From the NCBI RefSeq assembly GCF_009914755.1, contig NC_060935.1: a DNA stretch of 64,000 nt; one strand, 5' to 3'. Origin of the DNA: the human T2T-CHM13v2.0 reference genome, Homo sapiens. Both the position numbers and the translations under genes were made by a program. Position 1 is the first letter of the stretch. Each line of letters begins with the position of its first letter. Below, piece after piece: positions 39,992-53,121 of the stretch. Under the pieces are notes generated by a model. That model had not been told where the DNA came from and ran no database searches. It was given only the letters and a program-made list of their open reading frames with translations.

Positions 39992-41200
39992 TTTTTTTTA
40001 TTATACTTTAAGTTTTAGGGTACATGTGCACAATGTGCAGGTTAGTTACATATGTATACATGTGCCATGTTGGTGTGCTGCACCCAGTAACTCGTCATTT
40101 AACATTAGGTATATCTCCAAATGCTATCCCTCCTCCCTCCCCCCACCCCACAACAGGCCCCAGAGTGTGATGCTCCCCTTCCTGTGTCCATGTGTTCTCA
40201 TTGTTCAATTCCCACCTGTGAGTGAGAACATGCAGTGTTTGTTTTTTTGTCCTTGCGATAGTTTGCTGAGAATGATGGTTTCTAGCTTCATCCATGTCCC
40301 TACAAAGGACATGAACTCATCCTTTTTTATGGCTGCATAGTATTCCATGGTGTATATGTGCCACATTTTCTTAATCCAGTCTATCATTGTTGGACATTTG
40401 GGTTGGTTCCAAGTCTTTGCTATTGTGAATAGCGCTGCAATGAACATATGTGTGCATGTGTCTTTATAGCAGCATGATTTATTATCCTTTGGGTATATAC
40501 CCAGTAATGGGATTGCTGGGTCAAATGGTATTTCTAGTTCTAGATCCCTGAGGAATCGCCACACTGACTTCCACAATGGTTGAACTAGTTTACAGTCCCA
40601 GCAACAGTGTAAAAGTGTTCTTATTTCTCCACATCCTCTCCAGCACCTGTTGTTTCCTGACTTTTTATTTTATTTATTTATTTATTTAATTATTATTATA
40701 CTTTAAGTTTTAGGGTACATGTGCACAATGTGCAGGTTAGTTACATATGTATACATGTGCCATGCTGGTGTGCTGCACCCATTAACTCGTCATTTAGCAT
40801 TAGGTATATCTCCTAAAGCTATCCCTCCCCCATCCCCCCACCCCACAACAGTCCCCAGAGTGTGATGTTCCCCTTCCTGTGTCCATGTGTTCTCATTGTT
40901 CAATTCCCACCTATGAGTGAGAATATGCCGTGTTTGGTTTTTTGTTCTTGCGATGGTTTACTGAGAATGATGATTTCCAATTTCATCCATGTCCCTACAA
41001 AGGACATGAACCCATCATTTTTTATGGCTGCATAGTATTCCATTCCTGACTTTTTAATGATCACCATTCTAACTGGTGTGAGATGGTATCTCATTGTGGT
41101 TTTGATTTCCATTTCTCTGATGGGCAGTGATAATGAACATTTTTTCATGTGTCTTGTGGCTGCATAAATGTCTTCTTTTGAGAAGTGTCTGTTCATATCC
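39992..41200 (-). mobile_element. L1PA4-like 3' fragment (39992-40666 and 41043-41200)
   Basis: ORF 40205-40576 [19 protein letters not shown]...; antisense 3'UTR with polyT. Confidence 0.93.
40667..41042 (-). mobile_element. L1PA2/3-like 3' fragment nested in L1PA4
   Basis: TSD ttcctgacttttt at 40654-40666 and 41043-41055; younger diagnostics gagaatatgc, ttgttcttgcg, ccaatttcatcc, cagtccccagag. Confidence 0.93.
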
Positions 41201-42679
41201 CTGCTTTTCACTCTAATGTTTCCCTGCCTTTCTGATTGCAGATCTTAAGGCCCTCCCAGGAGAGGGTCCCACCCTATATTCTGATAGTAAGAATGCTCAT
41301 GTCATGATGCTTCCATAAAAACCCAAGAGGACAAGGTTCAGTGAGCTTTCAGATAGCTGAACATGTGGAGGTTCCTGGAGGGCGATAGTTCCCAGGGAGA
41401 GCATTGGAGCTCCTAGTCCCTTGCCCCTTCCCCCATACCTCATGCTACGCATCTGTTCTTTTGTATCCTTTGAAATATCCTTTATATTAAGCCAGTAAAA
41501 TAAGTAAGTGTTTTCCTGAGTTCTGTAAGCTGCTCCAGAAAATTAAACCCAAAAAGGGGGTCGAGGGAACTCCATCTTGAAGCTGATGGGTCAGAAGTTC
41601 CTGAGGCTTGGACCTGCGGTGCAGGGCAGAGGCCAGTCTTGGGGACTGAGCCCCCATTGTGCGATCTGACACTATGGCCAGGTAGACAGTGTCTGAACTG
41701 AATTAGAGCACACCCAGCTGGTGTTAGCTGCTTGGTTTGTGGGGGCAAAAATTCCCCACATATATGGTCACAGAAGTCTTCTTCTGTGTTGATGATTGTC
41801 ATGGTGTGAGAGCACAGAAAAAATAGGTAGGGAGAGTTTTCCCTACACAGGTATTATAAGTAATCTAGAGATCATTTAAAACTGTCTGTAGGTTATATGC
41901 AAATACCACACCATTTTACATAAGAAACTTGAGCATCAATGGATTTTGCTATCTGTAGGGAATTAAACTAGTCCTTTACAGATACGGAGGGACAATGATA
42001 TGTATGTGCGTGTGTCCGTATTTGTATATATATATGTAATTTTAAATAAAATTGGTACTATAGTAATAATGTAGTTCCTATTTTATTTTAAACTTAGCAA
42101 TACATCCTAAATATATTCTATTCTCAAAGGTTTTGATTATGTTTATAAAAGACTGTGACATTTATTGTTGATGTTATTTTAATATTCCTGTTAAAATAAT
42201 GCACAAAAACAAATTAGCATAGATGTTTATGCTTATCATGTATTAAGGAAAACCATATTTAAAGTAATTATTGGCTGAAGAATAAACACACTCAGGTTTT
42301 TGTTATATATTCCCTGATTATCTTTTAAAAATCTTTAGCAAATGATAATCTTACTAAAATTATTTTGTAATTTTTCTAATATTGTTCTTTCTGAAAGGTA
42401 ATAAATGCAAACCTCCTAATTTACATTTCTATGATTTTTATAAACTTGAATTTTAAAATATTTATATTTTAATTACAAAGCTTCTTAGTATGAATTGTCT
42501 GATTCTATCCATTATATATTTTTTTTCTTTTTTCTATTTTGCATTTCTGTTTATTGTCTTCTTAATGATATGTTATAGTGTGTTTTTGTTTCTTTGTATC
42601 CAAGAAAAATACCTAGATTTCAATACAATTCTCTATAATTAAAATTCCACTTTTGCTCAATAAATTGTAGATAATCATA

Positions 42680-43085
42680 ACCTCAATAAGAAACAAGAAA
42701 AAAGATGAGGCAAGTCAACTAATTTGAAAATAAACAATAAAAATTGAAGATATAAAAATAAGTCTAGATAAAAATATATATATTTTGAAAACTTTTAAAG
42801 TTGCAACCAAACACTTGGAATGAGATTTTCAAAGAATAAAAAATCCTGTCCACACTATAAGATATTAAAATCAGTATTGTGGAGGAGAAAATTGACTGAC
42901 TTCTGAGAATACATCGAAACTACAAGAGAAGATTCATTAATAAAAAGTTGATAGATATTCAATATTTAGGAAACTGTCCTAGAAGAAGGAATCAGAAAAA
43001 GTGAAAAAAGAAGCAATATTTGAAGGGATAGTACAATATAATTTTATGGGCTGAAAATAAAATGGCATCTTCAAAAGGAAAAGAC
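42680..43085 (+). mobile_element. Decayed L1 ORF1/HAL1-like remnant
   Basis: A-rich ORF1-like motifs (tcctagaagaaggaatcagaaaaa...gaagcaatatttgaagggatag). Confidence 0.45.
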
Positions 43086-43374
43086 TGATAATGACAAAGA
43101 TGACCACAAGATGATGCTAGTGGTACTTGTCAATATCTTTTGAGTGTATGAAATGTGCACAACTCAATATAAGATACCTGTCTTTATATGTGTTATTTAA
43201 CCCTCAAAACCACATTTTAAGGTACATATTTTTTAAATGAAAAATGAATTCTTAAATATATTGTGTAATGTCACAACCAGTTCAGTATAAACACAAAAGT
43301 TTAAACAGATTTAGCAATTTTCATTTCTCATATTTTTATTCATCACATATTGGGTTGATACATTTATATAAGTT

Positions 43375-44034
43375 TCAAAGAGTTTTAATTTTAAAGATAA
43401 AATAGCAGACAGCTATGTGGTCAATTTTGGAATAGGTGTGGTGTGGTGCTGAAAAAAATGTATATTCTGTTGATTTGGGGTGGAGAGTTCTGTAGATGTC
43501 TATTAGGTCCGCTTGGTGCAGAGCTGAGTTCAATTCCTGGGTATCCTTGTTAACTTTCTGTCTCGTTGATCTGTCTAATGTTGACAGTGGGGTGTTAAAG
43601 TCTCCCATTATTATTGTGTGGGAGTCTAAGTCTCTTTGTAGGTCACTCAGGACTTGCTTTATGAATCTGGGTGCTCCTGTATTGGGTGCATATATATTTA
43701 GGATAGTTAGCTCTTCTTGTTGAATTGATCCCTTTACCATTATGTAATGGCCTTCTTTGTCTCTTTTGATCTTTGTTGGTTTAAAGTCTGTTTTATCAGA
43801 GACTAGAAATGCAACCCCTGCCTTTTTTTGTTTTCCATTTGCTTGGTAGATCTTCCTCCATCCTTTTATTTTGAGCCTATGTGTGTCTCTGCACGTGAGA
43901 TGGGTTTCCTGAATACAGCACACTGATGGGTCTTGACTCTTTATCCAATTTGCCAGTCTGTGTCTTTTAATTGGAGCATTTAGTCCATTTACATTTAAAG
44001 TTAATATTGTTATATGTGAATTTGATCCTGTCAT
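43375..44034 (-). pseudogene. L1 ORF2p endonuclease (APE) domain, residues 1-207, open; the last 12 aa come from flanking DNA
   Basis: MTGSNSHITILTLNVNGLN...CIQETH...GDFNTPLS...YSKIDHI; N14, E43, D145 and D205 present, H230 motif absent. Confidence 0.9.
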
Positions 44035-45180
44035 TATGATGTTAGCTGGTTATTTTGCTCGTTAGTTGATGGAGTTTCTTCCTAATCTCGATGGTATTTA
44101 CATTTTGGCATGATTTTGCAGCAGCTGGTACCGGTTGTGCCTTTCCATGTTTAGTGATTCCTTCAGGAGCTCTTTTAGGGCAGGCCTGGTGGTGACAAAA
44201 TCTCTCAGAGTGAACAGGCAACCTACAAAATGGGAGAAAATTTTCACAACCTACTCTTCTGACAAAGGGCTAATATCCAGAATCTACAATGAACTCAAAC
44301 AAATTTACAAGAAGAAAACAAACAACCCCATCGAAAAGTGGGCAAAGGATATGAGCAGACACTTCTCAAAAGAAGACATTTATGCAGCCAACAGACACAT
44401 GAAAAAATGCTCATCATCACTGGCCATCAGAGAAATGCAAATCAAAACCACAGTGAGATACCATCTCACACAAGTTAGAATGGCAATCATTAAAAAGTCA
44501 GGAAACAACAGGTGCTGGAGAAGATGTGGAGAATTAGGAACACTTTTACACTGTTGGTGGGACTGTAAACTAGTTCAACCATTGTGGAAGTCAGTGTGGC
44601 GATTCCTCAGGGATCTAGAACTAGAAATACCATTTGACCCAGCAATCCCATTACTGGGTATATACCCAAAGGACTATAAATCATGCTGCTGTAAAGACAC
44701 ATGCACATGTATGTTTATTGCGGCACTATTCACAATAGCAAAGACTTGGAACCAACCCAAATGTCCAACAATGATAGACTGGATTAAGAAAATGTGGCAC
44801 ATATACACCATGGAATACTATGCAGCCATAAAAAATGATGAGTTCGTGTCTTTTGTAGGGACATGGATGAAATTGGAAATCATCATTCTCAGTAAACTAT
44901 CGCAAGGACAAAAAACCAAACACCACATGTTCTCACTCATAGATGGGAATTGAACAATGAGAACACATGGACACAGGAAAGGGAACATCACACTCTGGGG
45001 ACTTTTGTGGGGTGGGGGGAGGGTGGAGGGATAGCATTAGGAGATATACCTAATGCTAAATGACGAGTTACTGGGTGCAGCACACCAGCATGGCACATGT
45101 ATACATATGTAACTAACCTGCACATTGTGCACATGTACCCTAAAACTTAAAGTATAATAATAATAATAAAAAGAGACAAA
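43413..45180 (+). mobile_element. L1PA3-like insertion with 5' inversion: inverted segment 43413-44208, sense segment 44205-45170, tail
   Basis: 16-bp TSD aaaatagcagacagct at 43399-43414 and 45181-45196; strand switch at tcag 44205-44208. Confidence 0.96.
44147..44953 (+). pseudogene. Chimeric ORF: antisense-ORF1-derived N-terminus fused in frame to the last ~248 aa of L1 ORF2p (CCHC domain)
   Basis: ATG at 44147 reads through the inversion junction into [11 protein letters not shown]...[18 protein letters not shown]...SLIDGN*. Confidence 0.8.
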
Positions 45181-45365
45181 AAAATAGCAGACAGCTTAAA
45201 TTTATGCATTTATACATTGAGAAGAATAAAGGTGGCCTCAGAACTTTCTACTATATTACAATGGCAGGACATGTGTGTCACAGATACAATGGGAGACTTT
45301 ATAGTAACATAAAATGGTTAAATAAAACTGGTAAATAATATGTTTCATTAAAATATTAAAGTGAT

Positions 45366-45967
45366 TGCATTAGTCATGGTTCTCCAGAAAAACAGAACTA
45401 ATAGGAGAGTATATATACATATATAATATTACATTATATTATATACACCTATATGCATATATACACAGTATGTATATATGCATTCACATATATGCATACA
45501 TATATACACATATAGATACATATACAAATACATGTATACGTATACTCACATATGTGTATAATAAGTAATGTGTTTACATAATATTATTGAGGTTGAAATC
45601 TTCCATGATCTGCCATATGCAACCTGGAAACCCAGGAAAGCAGGTGGTATAGCTCCAGCCTGAATCTGAAACTCTGAGAACTAGGAGTTCCAATGGTGTA
45701 TTTCTCAGAAGACACATATTGCCGCTCAAGCAGTTCATCAGAGAGTGTGAATTCTCCCTTCTTCCATCTTTTCATTTCATTCACTTCTTAACAGATTGAA
45801 TGATATCCGCCCACACTGGGGCGGGCAATAACTTTATACAGTCTATATTCAAATCCTAGTCTCATACAGTGACACCTTCACAGATACACCCAGAAAGAAT
45901 ATTTAACCAAATATTATTGGAGCATCCTATAATCCAGTCAAGTTGACACATAAAATTAAGCAAAACA
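45366..45967 (-). mobile_element. MLT2C/D-like ERVL LTR with internal (TA/CA)n expansion
   Basis: tgcattagtcatggttctccagaaaaacagaac...ccagtcaagttgacacataaaattaagc. Confidence 0.85.
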
Positions 45968-46319
45968 ATACTCAATTATGTAGAATATTTCATCTGCTTA
46001 TTATAAATAAAACTTATTCCATATTCTTGTCTGAATAACTATGCCTACCAGAAAGGAATATATAAAGCCTAAAAATGAATGATACTATTTTTATCACTCT
46101 TTCAATTCTATCATATTTTGTTTTATTTTTCACTTTAGTCTTTCTTGAAACCTTACGAAAGGAGAGGCTGAAAAATTAAAATTTGTCTAGCAGTATGGAA
46201 TCTGTATAAAATAGTATAAGAGGCTTCTAAGGCTCTAAAAATAGTATCAGCAAGATTAAAAATCTAGATTGAGTTCAAAGAGGGCAAATCGACTTTTAAA
46301 TATTAAAAATAAATACAAT

Positions 46320-47055
46320 TGCGTATTAGATTCCTGTTATTGCATTAACAAATTACCAGAAACTTTATGGCTTAAAACAGTATGAATTTATTACTCTACA
46401 TTTCTAGAAGTCGGAATCCCAAAATTAGCTTCACCAGGCTAAACTCAACATACTGCCAGGGTTCTGTTCCTTTTTAGGGCTTGAAAGGAGAATCCGTTTC
46501 CTTGCCTTTCCCAGCTTCTATAGGCTGCCCATGTACCTTGCCTTGAGGTAACATTCCTCCATTTATAAGCCAGCAACATCAGGCCAAGTCCTTCTCATGC
46601 TGCAATTTCTTAGATTCTCTCTTCTTCTTCCCTCTTAAATCTATAACAACCTTTGAGACTACATTGAGCCCACTTAGATAAACTAAGAAAGTCTCCCCAT
46701 TTTAATGTCAGTTGACTAGCAAGATAAATCCTATCAGTCATCTTAATTCATTTTTGCCATGTATGTAGCTATTACACGTTGCAGAGATTAGGCTGTGCAC
46801 ATTATTCCAGAACTGTTATTCTGCCCAACATTCTAGGCTTTGGTTCCCAAAGAGTCACATCTATCCCACATGCAAAATGCATTCATTCCACCCAAAGTCC
46901 CCAAAAATCTCAATGAATTACAGCATCAGCTCAAGTTCAAAATATCATCTGAGTCACATCAGCTTAAAAGTCTCAAATCTCATCATCTACATAATGTAAA
47001 ATATGTATGGATGAGGCCAGGGATATAATTCATTGTGGGGTGTAATTCCTCTCTT
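46320..47055 (-). mobile_element. MLT1C/D-like LTR (~46320-46830) with adjoining MLT1-int (~46830-47055)
   Basis: aacaaattaccagaaactttatggcttaaaacag...gagaatccgtttccttgcctttcccagcttcta; int motif tcccacatgcaaaatgcattcattcca. Confidence 0.8.
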
Positions 47056-47979
47056 TTACTCTATTATGATTCCAGATTGTCTTTGAGTAGAAATGTTTTC
47101 AGACTATGAAAGATAGGGCCAGTATTAAAAAGTGCAAGTTGAAGACACTGTTATGTAAGAAGGTTGGTTATGTGTAACATGATTTAGAGTCTGTGAGTGC
47201 TATGTTGCTCATAGCAAACCATGAAAGAGAGTGAAGACTGAGTTCCGTCATTCAATACCTTTTAAATCACCAGATGATAGAAGGAGGACAAAATCGTGCA
47301 TATAAACAGACATCTTGACTCCCTAAGAGACGGAAATCTTTGATTTTTCTTACCATGGTTTGATGGATGTAGTTTAATAGGAAATATCTTTAAAGATTAA
47401 ATTACTCAATAGGAAGCAAAACAGAGATCTCTAGAGTCTGGAATAAGTTCACTATAGATATATCAGTAAAAACCAATTTCAAACCAATTTTTCCTAGATA
47501 ATTTTATCAAACTAATAAATTAGAAAAAAGTTATAGTTTTGATAAAACATTTAATAACTGTGATTTATATCACAATATAGGTAGGTATACATGTAACAAG
47601 TTAAAAGGCTTCTCATAAAATAAGCATAGGTTAAAATGTTGTGTGCCTAATGGAACACCGTGATATACCCTGAATTTAATATTTCAACCAGTGATTTCTA
47701 TAAAGACATTTATGGCATGGCAGTAAAATGGATGAAGCATGTCAAACTGAGCAGTTTACTCAAGATATTACATAAAAACCTCTAGGCTTTAACTGATTCA
47801 TTTCTATTCTGCAATAAACATTATTTAATATGAGGTAGAGACTTGAAGTACTACATAGTAAGGTTTAAAGAAACTTGGATTGTTTTACTGGCAAATAAAA
47901 TTTTGAGATAATACAAAGGCTGTATGAAACTATTTAAGACCTGGGATTTTTAATAAGTCGCAAATGTATTTTATTTACT

Positions 47980-48400
47980 TCATTAACTCATTGCATAAAT
48001 ATTTATCGAATGATTATTTTTATGCTAAGTGCCTGATAGAAATAGGTACTTATTGGAGAGCAAAAATAGACACAGTTGCACAGTTGTCTACTTATCTAAT
48101 GAAACTTATATTTTAATGGGAAAAACAGGTACAAAATTTATTTAAAAAATAAATAACACTTTCACCATAATATGAACTATAAATGCATTATATTTTGCTG
48201 TGAGAATCTAAGAAAAGAGGATTGACCTACAAAAATCAGAAAAAGAAATCACTGAGCTAGAGCTTAAAGACATACTTAGGAGTTAAAATCAAAGAAGAAA
48301 GAAAGAATTTTCAGAAAAGAAAATAACATGTCCAAAGGCCTTTGGGTAAGATCAAGCTAAGAGCGTCTACAATACTAAAAAATAACAGTGCAACTTAAGT
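47980..48400 (-). mobile_element. L2 remnant
   Basis: cattaactcattgcataaatatttatcgaatg...tatgctaagtgc...aaaatagacacagt. Confidence 0.55.
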
Positions 48401-48881
48401 CAATAGCCTGATGAAGAACACTGTTATAGGAGATAAATACAAATGTGAAGAAAAAATTCGTAAAAGCTACTGCCTTCTACTAATCTTTATGCGATTTCAT
48501 AAACACCGACTTCCCATAAGTGGAGGTGTTAAGCAGTGATACAGCAAGGCTTGCTTTGGGGTGAGCCCTCAGCACCCAGCCTTTTTGCTTGTGTCAATTG
48601 TTTTTACTTGCAGTTATTTGAGTATTTTTTATATTCTTATTTGATTTGTTATTGAATTAAGTGAAATTTCCAGCATTGGATGAAACATATCTCCTCAAAT
48701 CCTTCCAAATTAGAGATATTATATATTATATCTTTTCTGTAGCAAGTATGATCAGGGGGTGGAGTGCTCTGTGTTATTCTTAAAGAACACAGCTTTGCTA
48801 CAGCTGTGTTTAAACTAACTCTAGTATATTTTTTCTTGGCAAGATCATGCTTTGTTACTTACTTAAAACCAGATTCCTAGA

Positions 48882-49945
48882 TTTCCAGTTTCTGGTTCAG
48901 CATTTAAGAAGCTTGGAAGTTGCTACTTTGTCCTAACAACAACTAAAAAGTTGTATAAACTGAAAACTCAATAACGGCTCTTAGATTTATAGGACAAATG
49001 AAGTCACAAGACAAACAGTTATCCCACTCCCAACCGGAGAGATTGACAGAAGAATACAGAGAATTGCAACTTACTGAAGCAGAAACTCACCTGTAGCAAC
49101 CTTCATGGGAATCAGTGCCCAGGTACAACAACTTGAACTCCAGTGGATGAATTGCTGGAGGCTCAATGTGGACAAATTTGAAAGTTAAAAATCACCAGGG
49201 AAACGAATCCCAGTCATACAGAGAGGAACACTTGTGAGTTTTACTACTAGGAGCTATACAACATCTACACAGAGAATATAGGAGAAACATCCTCTTGTGT
49301 TTCCAGCAGGCTGAGGGGAAAAGAAACTGTTTTGAAATACATCATATGTCTCATTCTTAACAAAGTCTATCTTCACAAGAAACAATTTAACTAGAGCCTA
49401 ACCTGCTGGGGTTTTATCAGAGCCTAACTGACCTGAGAGAAGAGAAATACCCAACCTCAGCCTACTCTAGTCATCTTGTTTTACCTATGGGAATAAAGGA
49501 GGCAGCAGAGGCAAGGTGGAAACAAAACAAAACAAAACATCAGGAGCAGGCTTGAAGTTTAAAATTCAGAGGTATAGACTCACTAAAAAACTGAGTCCTG
49601 ACCACAGGACTAGAAAATGCTTCCCCTCTGCCATGCTTTAGCACTATATTACTAAGGGCTTTTTTATAGCAATTTCTTTCACGCAGTGCCTGATATCTGG
49701 CTATCAAGAAAACATTATGAGACTTACTAAAATGCAAAAAACACAGTTTGAAATTCAGAGCAAGCATCAAAGCAAGAACTCAGCTGTGGAAGGAATGTTG
49801 AAATTATCAGATTGGGAATTTAAAATAACCGTGATTAATATGCTGAGGACTCTAATGGAAAAGTGGACAGCATGCAGGAACAGATGGGAAATGTAGGCAG
49901 ATAAATGGAAATTCTAAGACAGAACCAAAAAGTAACATTAAATAT
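48882..49945 (+). mobile_element. L1MCa-like 5' end (5'UTR and start of ORF1)
   Basis: aagaagcttggaagttgctactttgtcctaacaacaac...gagcaagcatcaaagcaagaactcag...ttgaaattatcagattgggaatttaaaataacc. Confidence 0.75.
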
Positions 49946-50150
49946 CTAGATTCTTCTCATGTTAGATGCTGTTTGAAAACCTATAATTTTGCTCACAGAT
50001 AAAATATTAAAGTATGAAATTATTTTAAATCAGAAATAATGAAATGATTTTAAATCAAAATTATTTACTATAATAATATATTTAAAATAATTATTTTAAA
50101 TTAGAAATAAATCAGATTTATATAAACTTTAGAAAATAAAGTAAAGGGCT

Positions 50151-50838
50151 TTTATTAGTTTGTTTTCACACTGCTATAAAGAGCTACCTGGCTGGGCACA
50201 GTGACTCATGCCTGTAATCCCTTTGGGAGCACTTTGGGAGGCTGAAGCTGGGTGGATCATTTGAGGCCAGAAATTTGAGACCAGCCTGGCCAATACTGCA
50301 AAATCCTGTCTCTACTAAAAATTACAGAAATTAGCCGGGTGTGGTGGCATGTACCTGTAATCCCCGCTACTTGGTAGACTGAGGTGGGAGAATTGCTTGA
50401 ACCCAGAGGCAGAGGCTGCAGTGAGCCGAGATCACGCCACTGAACTCTAGCCACTGAACTCTAGGTGACAGAGCAAGACTCTGTATCAAAAAAAAAAGAA
50501 AAAAGAAAGAAAGGGCTACCCGAGACTGGGTAATTTATGAAGAAAAAGAGGTTTAATTGACTCATAGTTCTGAGGGAACCTAGAACTATTGACTGGGGGA
50601 CCTCAGGAGCCTTATGTGGTGGAAGGCAAAGAGGAAGCAAGCATTTCTTACCATGACAGAGCAGGAGAGGGAAAAAGAAGGGGGAAGTGCCCTTTTAAAC
50701 CATCAGATCTCACTATCATGAGAACAGCAAGGGGGAAATCCGCCTCCCACCAGGCCCCTCCTCTGACATGTGGGAATCACATGTGGAATTACAATTCCAC
50801 ATAAGATTGGGGTGGGGACACAGAGCCAAACCATATCG
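50151..50838 (-). mobile_element. MSTA-like LTR interrupted by Alu
   Basis: tattagtttgttttcacactgctataaag | gagactgggtaatttatg...gggacacagagccaaaccatatc. Confidence 0.88.
50190..50509 (+). mobile_element. Old AluS/J element with two small internal duplications
   Basis: Full dimer; TSD aaagagctacct/aaagggctaccc; duplicated ctttgggag and gccactgaactcta. Confidence 0.92.
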
Positions 50839-50839
50839 G

Positions 50840-51680
50840 AATTATTCCCAAATTATTGTATGAGATCAGTATAACCCTGATACTAAAACCTAATGAAGGC
50901 AATGCCAAAAATATCTCTAATGAAAAAATATAAAAATGTATAACAAAATATTAGCCAATCAACTTGCACAATATATAGAAAAGAAAAATATATCATGACC
51001 AAGTGCGTTTTGCATCAGTAATGCAATAATTTAGATGACATAGTATTTACTGAAAGTAAAGATCATTATATTATTTTCCTCATTGAATTATCTTGACACC
51101 CTTGTCAAGACTCATTTGACCATATCTGCAAGAGTCCATTAAGTTAAGAATAAAGATTACAAAGCTATTCAGTAGAAAAAAGAAAGTCTTTCAATGAATT
51201 GGATTGGTATAACTAGATAAATATTTGGGAAAAATTAATAACTCTTGAAGCTTACTTCACACCATAAACAAATGTTAATTCAAAAATAAAATTTAGATAA
51301 CTGAATATAAAACAATATAAAAAGAAAAAATAAAACTTTACAGTTTTGGGGTAAATAAATAATTTATATATGGAATACTTTTTTGAAAACAAAAAGAAGA
51401 AAAGCTTTATAAATAAAAATCTTTTATCCAAATAGTGCATCTGATCATCATGTAATAAATGGAACTATATATCCCTCCAATTAATAAAAATTTACAAAAT
51501 TCCAATAGCATAGGAGAAAATTGTTTTCAGTGCTTGAATAGTCATCAGCATAAAACAGTAAGCCCTGGGATAATAAAAATATCAATGAAACAAAGAGCCA
51601 GGTCTTTGAAAAGATGAATAAAATATAGAAATTACTATAATAATATAATATTATAAATATATATAAAATAATATAAGACT
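50840..51680 (+). mobile_element. Rearranged old L1M ORF2 fragments, with a short antisense piece at ~51060-51140
   Basis: tatgagatcagtataaccctgatactaaaacc, atatcatgaccaagtg, cttacttcacaccataaac. Confidence 0.65.
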
Positions 51681-51683
51681 GAC

Positions 51684-52102
51684 TATTAGTCCTCACATTG
51701 CTACAAAGAAATACCTTAGATGTGGCAATTTATAAAGAAAAGAGGTTTTTATTGACTCAGGGTTGCAACCAGGTTGTACAGGAAGTATGGAAGCATCTAC
51801 TCTGCCTCATGGGAAACCTCAGGAAACTTACAATCATGGCAGAAGGTGAAAAGGAAGCAGACATGTCTTATATGGCTAGAGCAGGGGCAAGAGAGATGGA
51901 GGTGGGAGGTGTCACACACTTTTAAACAACCAGGTCTCCTGAGAACTCTATCGAATAAACAGCAACAAAGGGATGGAGATAAACCATTCATGAAAGATCC
52001 ACCCCTGCGATTCAATCACCTCCCACCAGGCCCTAGCTCCAACATTGAGGATTACAAACTGAACATAAGATTTGGGTGAGGACATAGATCCAAATCATAT
52101 CA
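51684..52102 (-). mobile_element. MSTA-like solo LTR
   Basis: ctcaggaaacttacaatcatggcagaagg...atccaaatcatatca; TSD ctgac at 51679-51683 and 52103-52107. Confidence 0.9.
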
Positions 52103-52189
52103 CTGACACAGAAAAGAAGGGAGATGACACAAATTACCAATATTGGAAATGTAATTACACAGGGTGTTACTATAGATCCTGAGACAAAA

Positions 52190-53110
52190 ACCAGACTACT
52201 TAAATTTGAATTCTATATGTGCCACTTATTAATTTATTAATCCTATATCAGCCACTTATTAATGTGTGTGTGCCCTTGAGAAAATTACCCTCTTGGTGAC
52301 TAAATTTCTATATTTGTAAAAATAGGGTTGGTTTATTCATTATAATTTTATTGCTCATGCTGAATAAATATTGTTCTAGACCTGAGGATATAACAGCAAA
52401 CCACACGAAAATTCTTGTCCTCAAAAAGTACACATATTAATGGGGATGGGGTGTGTATACATTACACACAAGAAAAAGTAAAATGTATGTTTGTTACATA
52501 GCAAAGAATACTAATCAGAAAATAAAGTGAGGAAAGGGTTAGAATTTTGTGAAGACGAGAGAAAGTTGTATTTTAGGTAGGTGAGCTACAAAGTGCTCAC
52601 TGAAAAGCTGAGGTTTGAGTAATAACCAGAAGGAGATGAATACTTTGGCCTTGCAGACACAAAGGGCAAGAGGTTTTCAAGAAGAGGGAAAAGCAAAATG
52701 TTCTTTATTGGTACAGTACCTCAGCTTTAGTTATCTAATGTCCTGGCACGACTCTCTGCTAACTGATAGTAACAATAACTATTATTTATTGAGTGGTTAG
52801 GATGAATGACATATTCTGAGAAATCAGCAATATTATCTCTATTTAATATACAGAACCAGGTATCAGAGTGATCAAATAGCTTCCTCAAATCAAACAACTA
52901 CAAAAGTAACAGAACAGTTTTAAACCTAGTCTAGAGTCCTGCAGCTTCTGCTCATCCTTTTCCTTCAAGCAGAGAAGATGATATCAGTAATTCAACCAAT
53001 ATTCGTTGAGCACTCTACTAGGATTTTAGATATGTCAGTGAAAAAGAAAAACAGAAAAAAATCCCACATTATTGAGGCTATAATTTTCAATCAAAAAAGA
53101 TAAAAAGTAA
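52190..53110. mobile_element. MIR/L2 cluster
   Basis: MIR (+) gccacttattaatgtgtg...tttgtaaaaatagg; L2 (-) ctagacctgaggatataacagc; MIR (-) tatttattgagtggttag. Confidence 0.55.
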
Positions 53111-53121
53111 ATGCTTATAGG

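Larger units (their letters stand above)
39862..41849 (+). mobile_element. MER21-like LTR split by L1PA
   Basis: tcataactcccatagcccttg...gatagctgaacatgtggaggttcctggaggg...ggtcacagaagtc...ccctacaca; TSD ggtat at 39857-39861 and 41850-41854. Confidence 0.85.
39675..41997. mobile_element. MER2 (Tigger) element split into 39675-39861 and 41850-41997
   Basis: gggttctgcattccatggattc...ctgtactgaacatgtacagac | ggtattataagtaatctagagat...cagatacggagggacaatg. Confidence 0.85.

Noticed and set aside
45005-45031. G-quadruplex-like tracts (also near 25660, 40140 and 40830)
   Set aside because: They are a standard feature of L1PA 3'UTRs and not specific to this locus.
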